Part shown: one piece after another, positions 49,095 to 59,583 of the stretch
Layout of the letters: every line of letters starts with the position of its first letter
How positions within the stretch are numbered: position 1 is the first letter of the stretch
Assembly (NCBI GenBank): GCA_010356995.1
Contig: ML996699.1
Coordinates: 1-64,000 of the forward strand
Origin: Trichodelitschia bisporula
Lineage: Eukaryota
Reading direction: 5' to 3'
Length of the DNA stretch: 64,000 nucleotides
Notes under the pieces: model-generated
What the model saw: the letters and a program-made list of their open reading frames with translations, nothing else
Told to the model about the DNA's origin: nothing
Databases searched by the model: none
Translations under genes and position numbers: made by a program

Positions 49095-50630
49095 TCACGC
49101 CTCAAGCCATGGCATCTCCACCGTCTGCAACTCCGCCGTTCCCGGCATTTCCGTACCGTCCGCCAGCACAAGTCGTGGGAAAGTGTCCTTGATAAAGTCC
49201 GCCGGATTTTCGCTGTCCACCCCCTCCCCATCCACCAGCACCAGCGCGGCCGAATGCCACCCTGCAGCCGCTACACCTATCGCAAACCACGAGCCCCACT
49301 CGTCCTTGGGCCCAAAGCGAGTGCGCAGCTGCCGCTCAATCCACTCACTAACCTCTGGCTTCGCCGTTGTGATCGTCATGTGAAACCGCGGCTGCATCTC
49401 CCCAGGATCCGCTCCGCCTGTCGCCATGTGTTGCAGCCACTTTTCCGCATGCGGGTTGAAGTACACTCGCCGCCCGGTCCAATACGTCTGCGGCAGGAGC
49501 TTGCAATCTCCGTTCCGCAAGACTTCCATGCCGCGAATGGTTTTCACCCCCACCCTCAGGCCGAGGCCAAGCGCCTCCGAGTCTTGAGGCTCCGTGCCGT
49601 AGGAGCTGATCGTCCCGTCGGCGTGCAGAGCGTGGAAGTGGTAGTCCCCGAAGGCAAGGGTGAGGACGCCGGTATTCTGTAGCGCGGGAATTGTCCAGGG
49701 TTCAGGTGGAGGCTGCCCAGCCTCGAAGGCTTCGAGGAACGCCTGCTCTAGGACGAGCACAGCGCCGGACTTTGTGAATACCCCGAAGCGCCGGAAGCTG
49801 CCCTGAACGTCGAGCGTGGGTGGGAGTGGAAGGGCAAACGGCGTGCCCGGGACGCGAGACGCGAAAAGCTGGCCGTCGGACAGGAAGACAACAAAATGCT
49901 CAAGCAGGATGTGTGTGTCGGCATCGGCGTCGATGAGTTCGTGCGGCTTATCAGAGTTCTCGTCACTCCACACAGCGATCCCACCCTCAACGCGCGCGCT
50001 GCTGCGGTCCCATCCCGCAACAACTGTGCGTGCCCGGTGATTGACGCGTACCACCTCGTCTTCATTGCGGATGCCAACCCAGGCCCACGCACTACCGTCG
50101 TCGCAGAGCATCAGCACGTGCTTACGGCCGACACTCATCTGGCGAACCGGTGGGACTTCTGCGCGACGCCAGAGGGGTCTCTTGGTACTGCCGTAGTGGA
50201 GGGAAAAGTACAGCATGCCGTTCAGGGCACCGGTCAGCCACACCTCGCCGCGCACATTGAGTACCGCCGTGCACCACCCGCCACATTGCAGGTCGGCCAC
50301 GACACCGAGGTCCGCCGTTACTGCGCCGAGAGCCTCCTCATCGGCTGGGCGGCCCAGGCCTGTCTGATTCCCGCCCCATGTGTATACGCGCGACTGCGTC
50401 CGCAGCCGTCGGAAGAGCCGCTCCCAGTATGGACCGTTGGCCGCCGCTGCGGGCTTGTCGCGCACGCGGTACGTGTCTAGCGTGAGGTGCCGCCAGTAAG
50501 AGGCATCGTCGCGAATTGCCGGCGTGTAGAGAGCGCGGCAGGTCGCGCTGAGAGCGAGGAGTGACGCGGGAGGGAGATACGGGGTGATTAGCGTGAGGAT
50601 GTCAAGCGGCCAATCGTTGAGAGGAAGCAT
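49095..50630 (-). CDS. SAF1: F-box/RCC1-repeat SCF-associated factor
   Basis: N-terminal F-box LNDWPLDILTLITPYL..LLALSATCR; RCC1-like blades (VYTWGG, DLQCGGW, MSVGRKH, LAFGDYHFHAL, VAAAGWHSAAL). Confidence 0.9.
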   Translation of the reverse strand: MLPLNDWPLDILTLITPYLPPASLLALSATCRALYTPAIRDDASYWRHLTLDTYRVRDKPAAAANGPYWERLFRRLRTQSRVYTWGGNQTGLGRPADEEALGAVTADLGVVADLQCGGWCTAVLNVRGEVWLTGALNGMLYFSLHYGSTKRPLWRRAEVPPVRQMSVGRKHVLMLCDDGSAWAWVGIRNEDEVVRVNHRARTVVAGWDRSSARVEGGIAVWSDENSDKPHELIDADADTHILLEHFVVFLSDGQLFASRVPGTPFALPLPPTLDVQGSFRRFGVFTKSGAVLVLEQAFLEAFEAGQPPPEPWTIPALQNTGVLTLAFGDYHFHALHADGTISSYGTEPQDSEALGLGLRVGVKTIRGMEVLRNGDCKLLPQTYWTGRRVYFNPHAEKWLQHMATGGADPGEMQPRFHMTITTAKPEVSEWIERQLRTRFGPKDEWGSWFAIGVAAAGWHSAALVLVDGEGVDSENPADFIKDTFPRLVLADGTEMPGTAELQTVEMPWLEA

Positions 50631-50946
50631 TGTTTGGGATGGGTTGATGTGGTTTTTGGTTGGAGTGGTGCTGAGGGTGAGAGAATGAGAAGATGAGAGG
50701 ATGAGGGTAAGAGGATGACGTTGGTAATAAACAGGGTAGTTCTAAAGGATGTGACACGGGGAAAGTGTGATGGGGGCACAACAACGGTTAAATGACGACT
50801 GAGGTGCAAATTAACGGGCAGGCACCACCAGGCTACCACCTTCTACATACGACATCAGATTGCGGGGTACCTTTAGGCTGCGGGGTACTCCAACACGTGA
50901 CTGGCTCACCTTCACAAGCCAAAGTCCCGAATCTGACGACATCACC

Positions 50947-51989
50947 ATGTTCAGTCGCATCAGAAAGCCCGGCTGTATCGCCAGACTCAACCCGTTCTCT
51001 TTCACACCAATCCGCACCATGCATATCCAACTGCTCCCCATGTGTACGTTACCAACTTCTCACCGACCCCGCTGACCGCCAGGGACCGGCTCCGGCAACA
51101 ACTACGCCTACCTCGTGTCCGACGACCGCACGCGCGAGGCCGTGATCATTGACCCTGCGAACCCGCCCGAAGTACTCCCGGCACTGCGCAAAGCCGCCGA
51201 TGATGGCCTCAAACTGACAGCCATTGTCAACACACACCAGTACGTCACTTCGGAAGACGCTCCGTCAGCCGAGTACTCCGCTGACCGTCAGCCACCGCGA
51301 CCATGCCGGCGGCAACGCTGAGATAGTACGTCAAGCATCTAACGGCTGATAGCACCGCTGACCCCGCCAGCTTAAGCAGTATCCCGTGCCCATCATCGGT
51401 GGCAAGGACTGCGCGCTCGTGAGCCGCACGCCCGCCGACGACGAGACATTTTCCCTTGGCGACATCGCTGTCCGCGCGCTGCACACGCCGTGCCACACCC
51501 AAGACAGCATCTGCTTCCATTTCCGCGACGGCGACGACCATGCCGTCTTTACCGGCGACACGCTGTTCATTGGCGGCTGTGGCCGCTTCTTCGAGGGCAC
51601 CGCAAGCGAGATGCATGCGGCACTGCAGAAGCTGGGTACGCTGCCGGATGCCACCCGCGTTTATGTACGTACTTCTCTTGCCGTAGGCTCTGCTGACCGC
51701 CAGCCCGGCCACGAGTACACAAAAAGTAATGTTGCGTTCGCTGTCACCGTTGCCCGCGATGACGCCGTCCTCGCGCTGCAGAGAGCTGCCGACGAGTTGC
51801 CGCAAACGCCCGGCCGCTTTACGATTGGTGACGAGAAGGTGCGTTGCGCGGACCGTTGTTGACACCGCTGACCGTCAGAAACACAACGTCTTTATGCGCG
51901 TCGACGATGCTACGATTCAGGCCGCCGTTGGCGAGAAAGAGCCGGTTGCGGTAATGGCGCGCCTGCGAGAGCTGAAGAATGCGTCTTAG
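50947..51989 (+). CDS. GLO2: Hydroxyacylglutathione hydrolase (glyoxalase II), with in-frame ATGs at 50947 and 51019
   Basis: NNYAYLV..IIDPA; THH|HRDHAGGN metal motif; LHTPCHT; FTGDTLFIGGCGRFFEG; Y|PGHEYT; EK|KHNVFMR. Five introns: 51044-82, 51240-91, 51326-70, 51665-703, 51839-78. Confidence 0.95.
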
Positions 51990-52935
51990 GGCCATCATGG
52001 CATCGGGAACGAGGCGAAACGAAGTCGTACAGATCAATGTCCAACGCAACCGTGAAGATCAATGCCCAACTCAACTGTGAAGATTGATCAGAGCTGCCAA
52101 TCCGCTCATTTTGCCCGCCCGCGCCCGCCCACACTCGTGGGCGGGTAGGGCTGAGTGAGATTTATTTGGCGTTGATGATGCTGTTAACGATCTGCTTACC
52201 GTGTTGATAGAAACAGTCAACGGAAACGCAATTGATTGGTCTAGTGTGCCGAGCTTCTCACCAAGCCCCTCTACGCCAACCATGTTTCCAACCTCAAATC
52301 TCAAACCGCTTGCCCACGGCCATTCATGGATAGACGTGGGTGGGCAGGTTGAGCTTCTGCTTGATCTTAACTCACCCGCCTGCACCTGTCCGCCCGCGGG
52401 CGAGGCCGAGCGAGCCGAGTAAACAATTTCACGGGCGGATTGGCAGGGCTGAGATTGATACCCAGGGCATGTACGTCGAGTGATGAGAGCCACTGATATC
52501 AGACTTCATTGTACATCCGTAATCGACGCCTTTGAGAAATCCGAATGGACCAACAAAGCGCACAGTCCTAAGCCACAGGCATCCGCATTAGGATGCTTGC
52601 GTGGAAAGGCAGTCAACTCGGTGAGGCTGAGACGGTGAGCTCAGACTGTGTGGCTGGGTGCGGGGGTAGGGCTCCCCTGCCCAGCTTGGTGCGAGGGGGA
52701 GTGAAAGGCAGAGAACTTGAAGTCAACCTGTACGAATCTTTGGACTGCCCTTGGAGTTGGCGCTGGAAGTTCACCATCTGTTCACGTCTGTTTGCACAAT
52801 GACGTCGTGTTGACCGAACGAAGCTTTCAACCCTACCAACGTATGGTATATCTCTCCCGAATTGCTGCGACCTAACGGTTCCCAGTCATTACCACATCCA
52901 TCCTCTTCATAGGCCTCAACACCAGAGCAGAAACC

Positions 52936-53922
52936 ATGTCTTACCCTGGTTCTGATCCTGCTCCTTCTTTCCCTTACTCCCGTTACAATGTCGGGTGGAT
53001 AGCCCCTATGCTCAAAGAACGCGTCGCCGCCATCGCCATGCTAGACTCGACACACGGCGCGCCTGAAGGCCTGAGGAACACCAACGACCCGCTTTACTAC
53101 GTCTGCGGGTCGATGAATGGTCAAGGTGGGGTGCACTACGTTGTCATCGCAACACCGAACCGCATTGGACTTCAAGACGCCGGCGTCACGGCGCAAGCAA
53201 TGCTCTCTTCCTTCCCCAGCATCAAGTTCGGCCTGCTCGTCGGGATCGGCGGCGGTGTTCCCCAGGGGCCGAATCAGCCACTCGATGTCCGCCTCGGTGA
53301 TGTTGTCGTCTCAACTGAGAACGGGCATGAGTCCGGAGTGATTCAGTATGATCATGGAAAGTGGACGAGAGATGGCTTTGAGCCGAACTACAGATTTGTT
53401 GCCCCGCCGCCGGTGCTCTCAAATGCGGTCACACATCTGCGGTCTTTGTATCTCCCGAATGGAACGAACTGGATTTCGGATTACGTCGAAAAGATGCAAC
53501 AGAAATACCGTGGGCTCATGCAGAATGACACTTATGGCCAGATCGGGTATGTATATCCCGGCTGTGAAAAGGACACAATGTCTCGGGGCAGCTGCGGTGT
53601 TTACTACGAGGGAACTTGTCGCAACACCGAGTGCAAGAAGCCCAAGGTTCACTTTGGCAGCATCGCGTCAGGAAGCGGCGTCATCAAAGACGAAATTCAG
53701 CGAGAGTGGCTTCGGAAAAAGTGCATCTGCTTCGACATGGAGGCGGCCGGGCTGATGAATAATTTTCCGTGTCTGGTCGTACGAGGGATATCTGACTATT
53801 GTGATGGCAACAAGAACGATGCGTGGCAGAATTATGCGTCTGCGGTTGCAGCAGCTTACACTAAGACTCTTCTCAGCGTAATTTACCCTTCTGAGGTCGA
53901 GGGGGGCGATGACGGTGAATGA
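52936..53922 (+). CDS. Intact PNP_UDP (purine/uridine phosphorylase-like) domain ORF, 328 aa if intron 53915-53968 is retained
   Basis: Uninterrupted ORF with the fungal PNP_UDP motifs. Its TGA at 53920-22 lies inside the putative intron. Confidence 0.6.
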   Translation: MSYPGSDPAPSFPYSRYNVGWIAPMLKERVAAIAMLDSTHGAPEGLRNTNDPLYYVCGSMNGQGGVHYVVIATPNRIGLQDAGVTAQAMLSSFPSIKFGLLVGIGGGVPQGPNQPLDVRLGDVVVSTENGHESGVIQYDHGKWTRDGFEPNYRFVAPPPVLSNAVTHLRSLYLPNGTNWISDYVEKMQQKYRGLMQNDTYGQIGYVYPGCEKDTMSRGSCGVYYEGTCRNTECKKPKVHFGSIASGSGVIKDEIQREWLRKKCICFDMEAAGLMNNFPCLVVRGISDYCDGNKNDAWQNYASAVAAAYTKTLLSVIYPSEVEGGDDGE

Positions 53923-55944
53923 TATCATGCAACGTTGGTCCCCTTTTCTTCGGTCACTGAGATACCAGTGGTAGTATGCAATGTAACAGTTGCTGACTTG
54001 GGAGCAGTCGTCCAGGACACAAGGGAGCAAGTCATCGCAATAAATCAGCAAGTCACCGCGCATGCCCAGAATCAACAGCAAATAGACGCCGACCAGCAGT
54101 GGCAAGCCGTACTCCGATGGCTGTCTCCCCTGGACCCATCCGATTCTCACCATGAGCATTACAGGAAATTGGCAGAAGGCACCTGCGAATGGATACTTCA
54201 GAACGAAGTGTACCAGGATTGGATCTCGGCGGAACCTAAACCTGATACATTGCGCTGCTACGGAATGGGGGGTGTTGGAAAGAATGTCCTCTCGTATGTG
54301 AAGTTCTCCCCTAATCCCAAGGATCCGATGGGCGAGAAGCATGGCATCCGAACCACAAGAGGGGTTAGCGTACATGTACTGCCAGCACACACTCAAAGCA
54401 ACACAGACCGGCATAAACGTCCTTGGTTCGATACTGGCCCAACTCCTGAAGCAGCGAATGCAATTTCCAGATGTTGAAGAGCAATTGTGTGCCTGCCACA
54501 AAAAGGACGCGCGACTCGGTCCAAATGAGTTGAAAGCTCTTCTCTGCAAGGTCTGCACGTCTTGCCCTCGGACATACCTTTTCATCGACGCGATGGATGA
54601 GCTGGAAGAGACGGTTCGACGCGACATCTTACGGGCCTTGCGTACTTGCTCTATCTCAGTTGAGAGTCTCTCCGTTCGGATATTTCTCACCGGTCGTCAG
54701 TGCATCAAAACTACGGTCGAGAACTATCTGACAGGAGGCCCAAGCATCACTGTGAGCGCTCGGGAAGACGACGTGAAGCAGGCCATCCATAGTGAAATTA
54801 ACGCTTCGGACCCAAACCAAATGGATGAACAACTCCGGATAGAGATTCAAGAGAAGGTTATTCAACGAGCAAATGGACTGTGAGTAGAGTGTTCCAGTCC
54901 CCATATCAACTTTGGACTCACATCAGTTAGGTTTTTGTTGCCTATATTGCAAATCCGCGCAGTTTTTCAGGACCAGACCCTTGCCGACCGCAGTACTGCT
55001 TTGGAATCGCTACCTGAGACACTCGAGGATGCCTTCGCGCAGACGCTGGCCAGAATTTAGGAGAAGAAACCAGAATTCGCGCTGACTAGACAGGTCATTG
55101 CATGGGTTTATCTGGCAAAGCGCCCGCTCAAGATTGGAGAACTCAGAGGCGCTCTCGCAATGAGACTGGATGACATCAGAGCGTGGCACACTGAAGACAT
55201 CCTACTCAGTCACTGCCAGGGCTTGACTGTTCTCGACAATGCAGGAACAATGCACTTGGTCCATTTGTCATTCGTCGAATATTTGAATCAACTTCCGGAG
55301 ATCTTTGGGTTCACAAGGTCCCAGTGGCACCGGAACATCGCCGACACCTGTCTCAAATGGCTAAAACTAGACTTCCTCCCACTTCGCCGTTCTTGGAGGT
55401 TTTATCCCCCCCTGGGCGGTTATGTACACCCACTAGCCGCTCAATCAAACTGGGAAAGGATACCCACCCTTAAACCGCTGATGTACGTCTCCTATCGCTG
55501 GCCAGATCACCTCCGTGACTGCACCACATCTGCGGACGACCAGCATACCCTTGAACTGAATCGAAAAGCTGCGCTCTATCTCCGCAAGGCCTTCGAGCAG
55601 AAGACTGGGAGCATCAGCCTATTGATGGAGAGGGTGTGCGATGGTATTATCGCTCACCTGATTGGCCACTTCATATTGCGGTTCGCCTTCGCCTTGGGCC
55701 CTTAGTGTCAGAACTTGTGGGCAGCAGAGAGGACGTGACTACTGTAGGTATACGGTACCTAACGCCGCTATTATATGCGGTAGAGGGAGGAGATATAGAT
55801 ATCGTGAAGATTCTACTTGGTATTGAGGCGGAGGCCGACAGTGACGAGGATACTTGGACCCTGCTGGAGAACGAGCTAAAGCGTGCGCAAATGAGATTGG
55901 GTTCTGGCACACTAGGGATGCCCCATGGACCTATGATACTCTAG
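52936..55944 (+). pseudogene. NLR-like PNP_UDP - NACHT - winged helix - ankyrin gene; PNP_UDP exon intact, downstream part disrupted
   Basis: PNP_UDP: GLLVGIGGGVP, DVRLGDVVVS, CFDMEAAGLMNNFPCLVVRGISDYCD. NACHT: LRWLSPLD..GTCEWIL, GMGGVGKN, YLFIDAMDE, RIFLTGR, ANGL|FL. In-frame TAG at 55058-60, frameshift near 55635, ankyrin TPLLYAVEGGDIDIVKILL. Confidence 0.85.
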
Positions 55945-56579
55945 AAGCAGTGGTGATCACGTCGTAGAGTAGTCTATAGATGAGGGATGTCGATGAATTG
56001 GAGATAAAGAAGGCCTAGCCTTGTCTGCATGGTGGCCCTCCTCAGCCCGAACCGACACGCTCTGGACCTCGCAGCGGATGTGTAGAGCGTGCCTACAGGC
56101 GTTGGCGGGTGATAGATAGTAAGGCCAGCGTGCAACATCATTTAGAGGGCACGGGCGCTCCCTTCTATTCCCATTCTCAGGATATGAACCTCGAGGGGCA
56201 AGGAGAGGTATTTGCCGCGCAGACCAAAGTACTACTTCAGCCTAACCAACCGAGAGGGCGACAACAGTAACTTCGCAGCCCCGTATCCCATCCAGCCTAG
56301 ATTCGTATCAGCAAGACTTCGCCTAAGTGGACAGCTAACTTTACCAAGACTCCTCCCTCAGAGGGCACAAGCGCCCTTCCCACGCAAGCGATGGCAACCG
56401 AAATAGCTCCTCTGTCGCGAAAATCAAGAGCGGACACTCACGCATCTCATATCGTAAATGAAGCTCCATAGAACCCTCAAACCTGATTCTCCGTCAAATA
56501 TGTAAAGCACGCAGAGAATACATCCCTTTCCACCTTATGCCCACCATTCCATCCCCACCTCTCCCCAATCCCAACCCCC

Positions 56580-58946
56580 CTATTCCCCAGTCGGCATCCC
56601 CTCCACCTCATCCGCCAACCCCCGCCAATTGTCCGCCTGCAACTCGGCATACTTAACCCTCTCCGCAGCCCAATCCTGATGCAACCGTCCAACATGATAC
56701 TGACTCCCCATAAAGAAAGCCAACTCATCACGGATACACTCGCGGATGAACACCGAGCGCGCATGTTGCGCCGCAATGCTGCCCTTGTCCTGCCCGCACA
56801 CATTAGCAACCCCCCCCCCCAAAAAGCAAAACCTCAAACTCACCCGAATAATCCCATCCGCAACCTTCTGCGCCTCCCCCTCCTTCCCCACCTCCGGTCT
56901 CTCCCTAAGGACCTGCAACCGCGCCTCTGCACTCGCAATCCTCTTCTCCAACTGCGGGATGTTATCCCGGTCCAGCCGATCCCTGCGATCAAACATATCC
57001 CTCACACTGACAAGACAATCCCTCTGCCTTTTACAATCCTCAAGCACACCCTCATCCCACGCCCTCGCTTCATCCTCGAGCAGCGCCTTCGCTTGACCCA
57101 AATGCCTCGCCGCCGCACCAAGCCCAGCATTCAACGCGGGAACATCATCAGAGGCAACAGCATACGTGTCATTGCTCGTCTCGGCCAGCGCGCCCAGCGC
57201 AGCGGCGAAGCGCATATGTTCCGCCGCGAGCCCCTCGTTGCGCTTCGTCAGCCGCTCGAGCAGATTGCACAGCGTGATGTACAGCTCGGCGGAGCGGCGG
57301 ACGCCGACGCGGACCTGCTCGAACACGTCCTGCAGGGTCGGGGGGAGGCTGTCTTCGAGGCCTGGTGGGAGCGGTTTGCCGGTGAATTCTTCCTGGACGG
57401 AGATGGTTGCTTGTTTGCGCCACACGGCGAGTTCCTGGCCCTGTTAGCCCTACTTCTAGGCCTGGAAAGAGAGTGACAGAGCAACCCACCGTCGGCACCG
57501 TCAAAAACATAACCACAAGCTGCTCCTGCCCAAGCACAGGATGCCTCACAAGCGCATTCGTAAACCGGACCAATCCACGGCGACGCTTCTCCGCAAACGA
57601 GTTATCCGTCGCAAGGTAATTGCCGTTAACTGGGTAGTAGCTTTAGCCTTCAACAACACCCCTCATCAAGGGACAACTTACTCGTCACCGCCTTCGGCGG
57701 CAGCAGCGGCAACTGCCGGAACGGATACCGCTTGTGCAGACAATCGAGCAGCCAGACAAAATCGCTGTACCGCCGCACCACGCGGCTGTTGCGCCGCGCG
57801 CTCGCGACTAGGTAGTTGCGGTGCTGGAAGAACAGTAGTCCCTCCTTCTCCGCAATCGACGTGACAGCGATAACCTCCTCACCGCCCAAAGAGCGTGGCA
57901 CGGGAGGTGCCCGCGTAGATGGCTCGCTGCCCCCAGGTCCGCCAAACCCACCAGGTCTCTCGGCGAAGCTCCCCGCACCCCGACCCTCCAAACTCGACCC
58001 CCGAAACGACTCATTGCTCGACGCAGGATACCCACCCCAGCCCGGCTCGCCACTGCTCGGTGGCCGCGCGGGGGCATTTGCGGCCGGTGATGCAGCGGTA
58101 GTGAAAGCGCTAGTAGTACGGATGGGCAGATTCGGTGCGCTCGCCATCGACGCGCCGTTGACGTACGGCACGCTGGCCGAGTGGGTGTGTCCCCTGTGCA
58201 TGTCGGGGCTGGCCCAGGGGTCGTTCTCTGGGAGCCCGAAGGAGGTCTGGCGCACGGTGCGGGGGGCAACGGGGCTGGTCGCCGACGTCGTGGTTTCGGG
58301 GCGTTTAGGTGGTGTGGCCGGGCGGGCAGGGACTGGTTCGGGTGAGGGCTCGCGCGGGGCCAGGTCCGTGGGGAAGATGCTCAGGTTCGGGCGGGGCAGA
58401 TCTGAGGGCATTAGCTTTAGTATAGCGAGTGCAGCAGGACATACTCCGCCGGTGATCATCCACCGAGTCCAGCGTGGCCTCCTCGCCCTCTTGTGCCAAC
58501 CCAATCAACGCAAGCAGCACATTAAACTCGCCCCTCTCGAGCTTATGCGAACTCTCTCCCCCCTCCGGGCGCAAAATGCCCATAATGGTCTGCTGCGTCC
58601 CGGAGGGCAGGCCACTCTCATCCACCAGGCGCTGCGCAACATCGAAGCCCACTGTGCCATGCTCGTTCACGGCCTCGAACGCCTGGGCATAGGAGGGCGG
58701 GACGTCGCTGGCAGGCAGCAGGGTCTTGACCAGCGCGCCGCGGCCGACGCGCTTACTGCTCGGTAGGGCCCAGGGATCGGCGCCCTCTGTGCTATCATCA
58801 AACAAACCGCCGCTGGAAGTGCGATTAGGAGCAGGCCGCTCATCGTCGAACAAGCCGGCGGAGCGGGAGCGCGGCTGGTCGACGGCGAAGAGGGTTGCGG
58901 ACTGCTGCGCGGGGCCGTCGTCGGGGAAGTCTCCGAACAGAGACAT
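56580..58946 (-). CDS. MVP1: Sorting nexin Mvp1 (EH-like N-terminus, PX and BAR domains)
   Basis: MSLFG; EFNVLLALIGLAQEGE; FFQHRNY..VVRRYSDFVWLLDCLHKRYPFRQLPLLPPK; RFTNALVRHPVL; WRKQATISVQEEF; C-terminal MPTGE. Four introns. Confidence 0.96.
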
Positions 58947-59583
58947 GGTGTGCTCAACTGGGCATGCGCTGGAGGTACGTGTTCGAGTTTGTTTGCGATT
59001 GAAATGGCAATGGATGCGGAGGCTGGACGTCGGCGCGGTTGTTTGTTGTTAGCGTTGGTGGGAGGAAGCCTTGGAAGTGAGCTACGGGGGAGGTGGTGCA
59101 CGCGCCACGGGCGGGCTGTGTGCTATCAGAGGCCCGAGCTCCTTGCTCACAGGGACGGCTGACAGCCTCGATTGTGATGGGCGAGGAGCGGCGGGGATGA
59201 CACCTTATCGCGTTGCTTTTATTGTCAACTTCACCACTCGTGCGTATGTAGCAACACTTGTATTGAGCATTCATAACACACATCACCACCCAGTACAGCA
59301 CGCAATACAGCCTATCACAACACGCATCATCGTGCAGCACAGTGTCATCCAATTGGCATTGCCATTGATCCTCGACGGCTAACCTAGGTATCCAAAATCG
59401 CTAACCCCAATGCTAGCATAGGTATCCAAACCACAACTCCGGGGTATATCAGGAATCCTCCAACCACGCCATCGCTATCGCAATTGCCATCCCGCCGCGC
59501 AGCACAGCGCTTGCGCCGATCCATCCCAAGCCCAAACCCCATGCAAATGCCCGCTAAAACGCCCAACAAAAAAAGTACCATCA

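Noticed and set aside
1600..55060. Alternative genetic code or window-wide RIP as an explanation for in-frame stops
   Set aside because: Conserved genes end normally in TAG, TAA and TGA. The broken genes also carry frameshifts. Only some stops fit CpA>TpA, and there is no AT-rich RIP-like block.
23348..56825. Several short in-frame, stop-free introns (SMD3, tea4, HAM1-like, bestrophin, GLO2, MVP1)
   Set aside because: Expected by chance for 39-54 nt GC-rich introns, and retention would interrupt conserved domains. Only the 708-nt tea4 case is kept as a finding.
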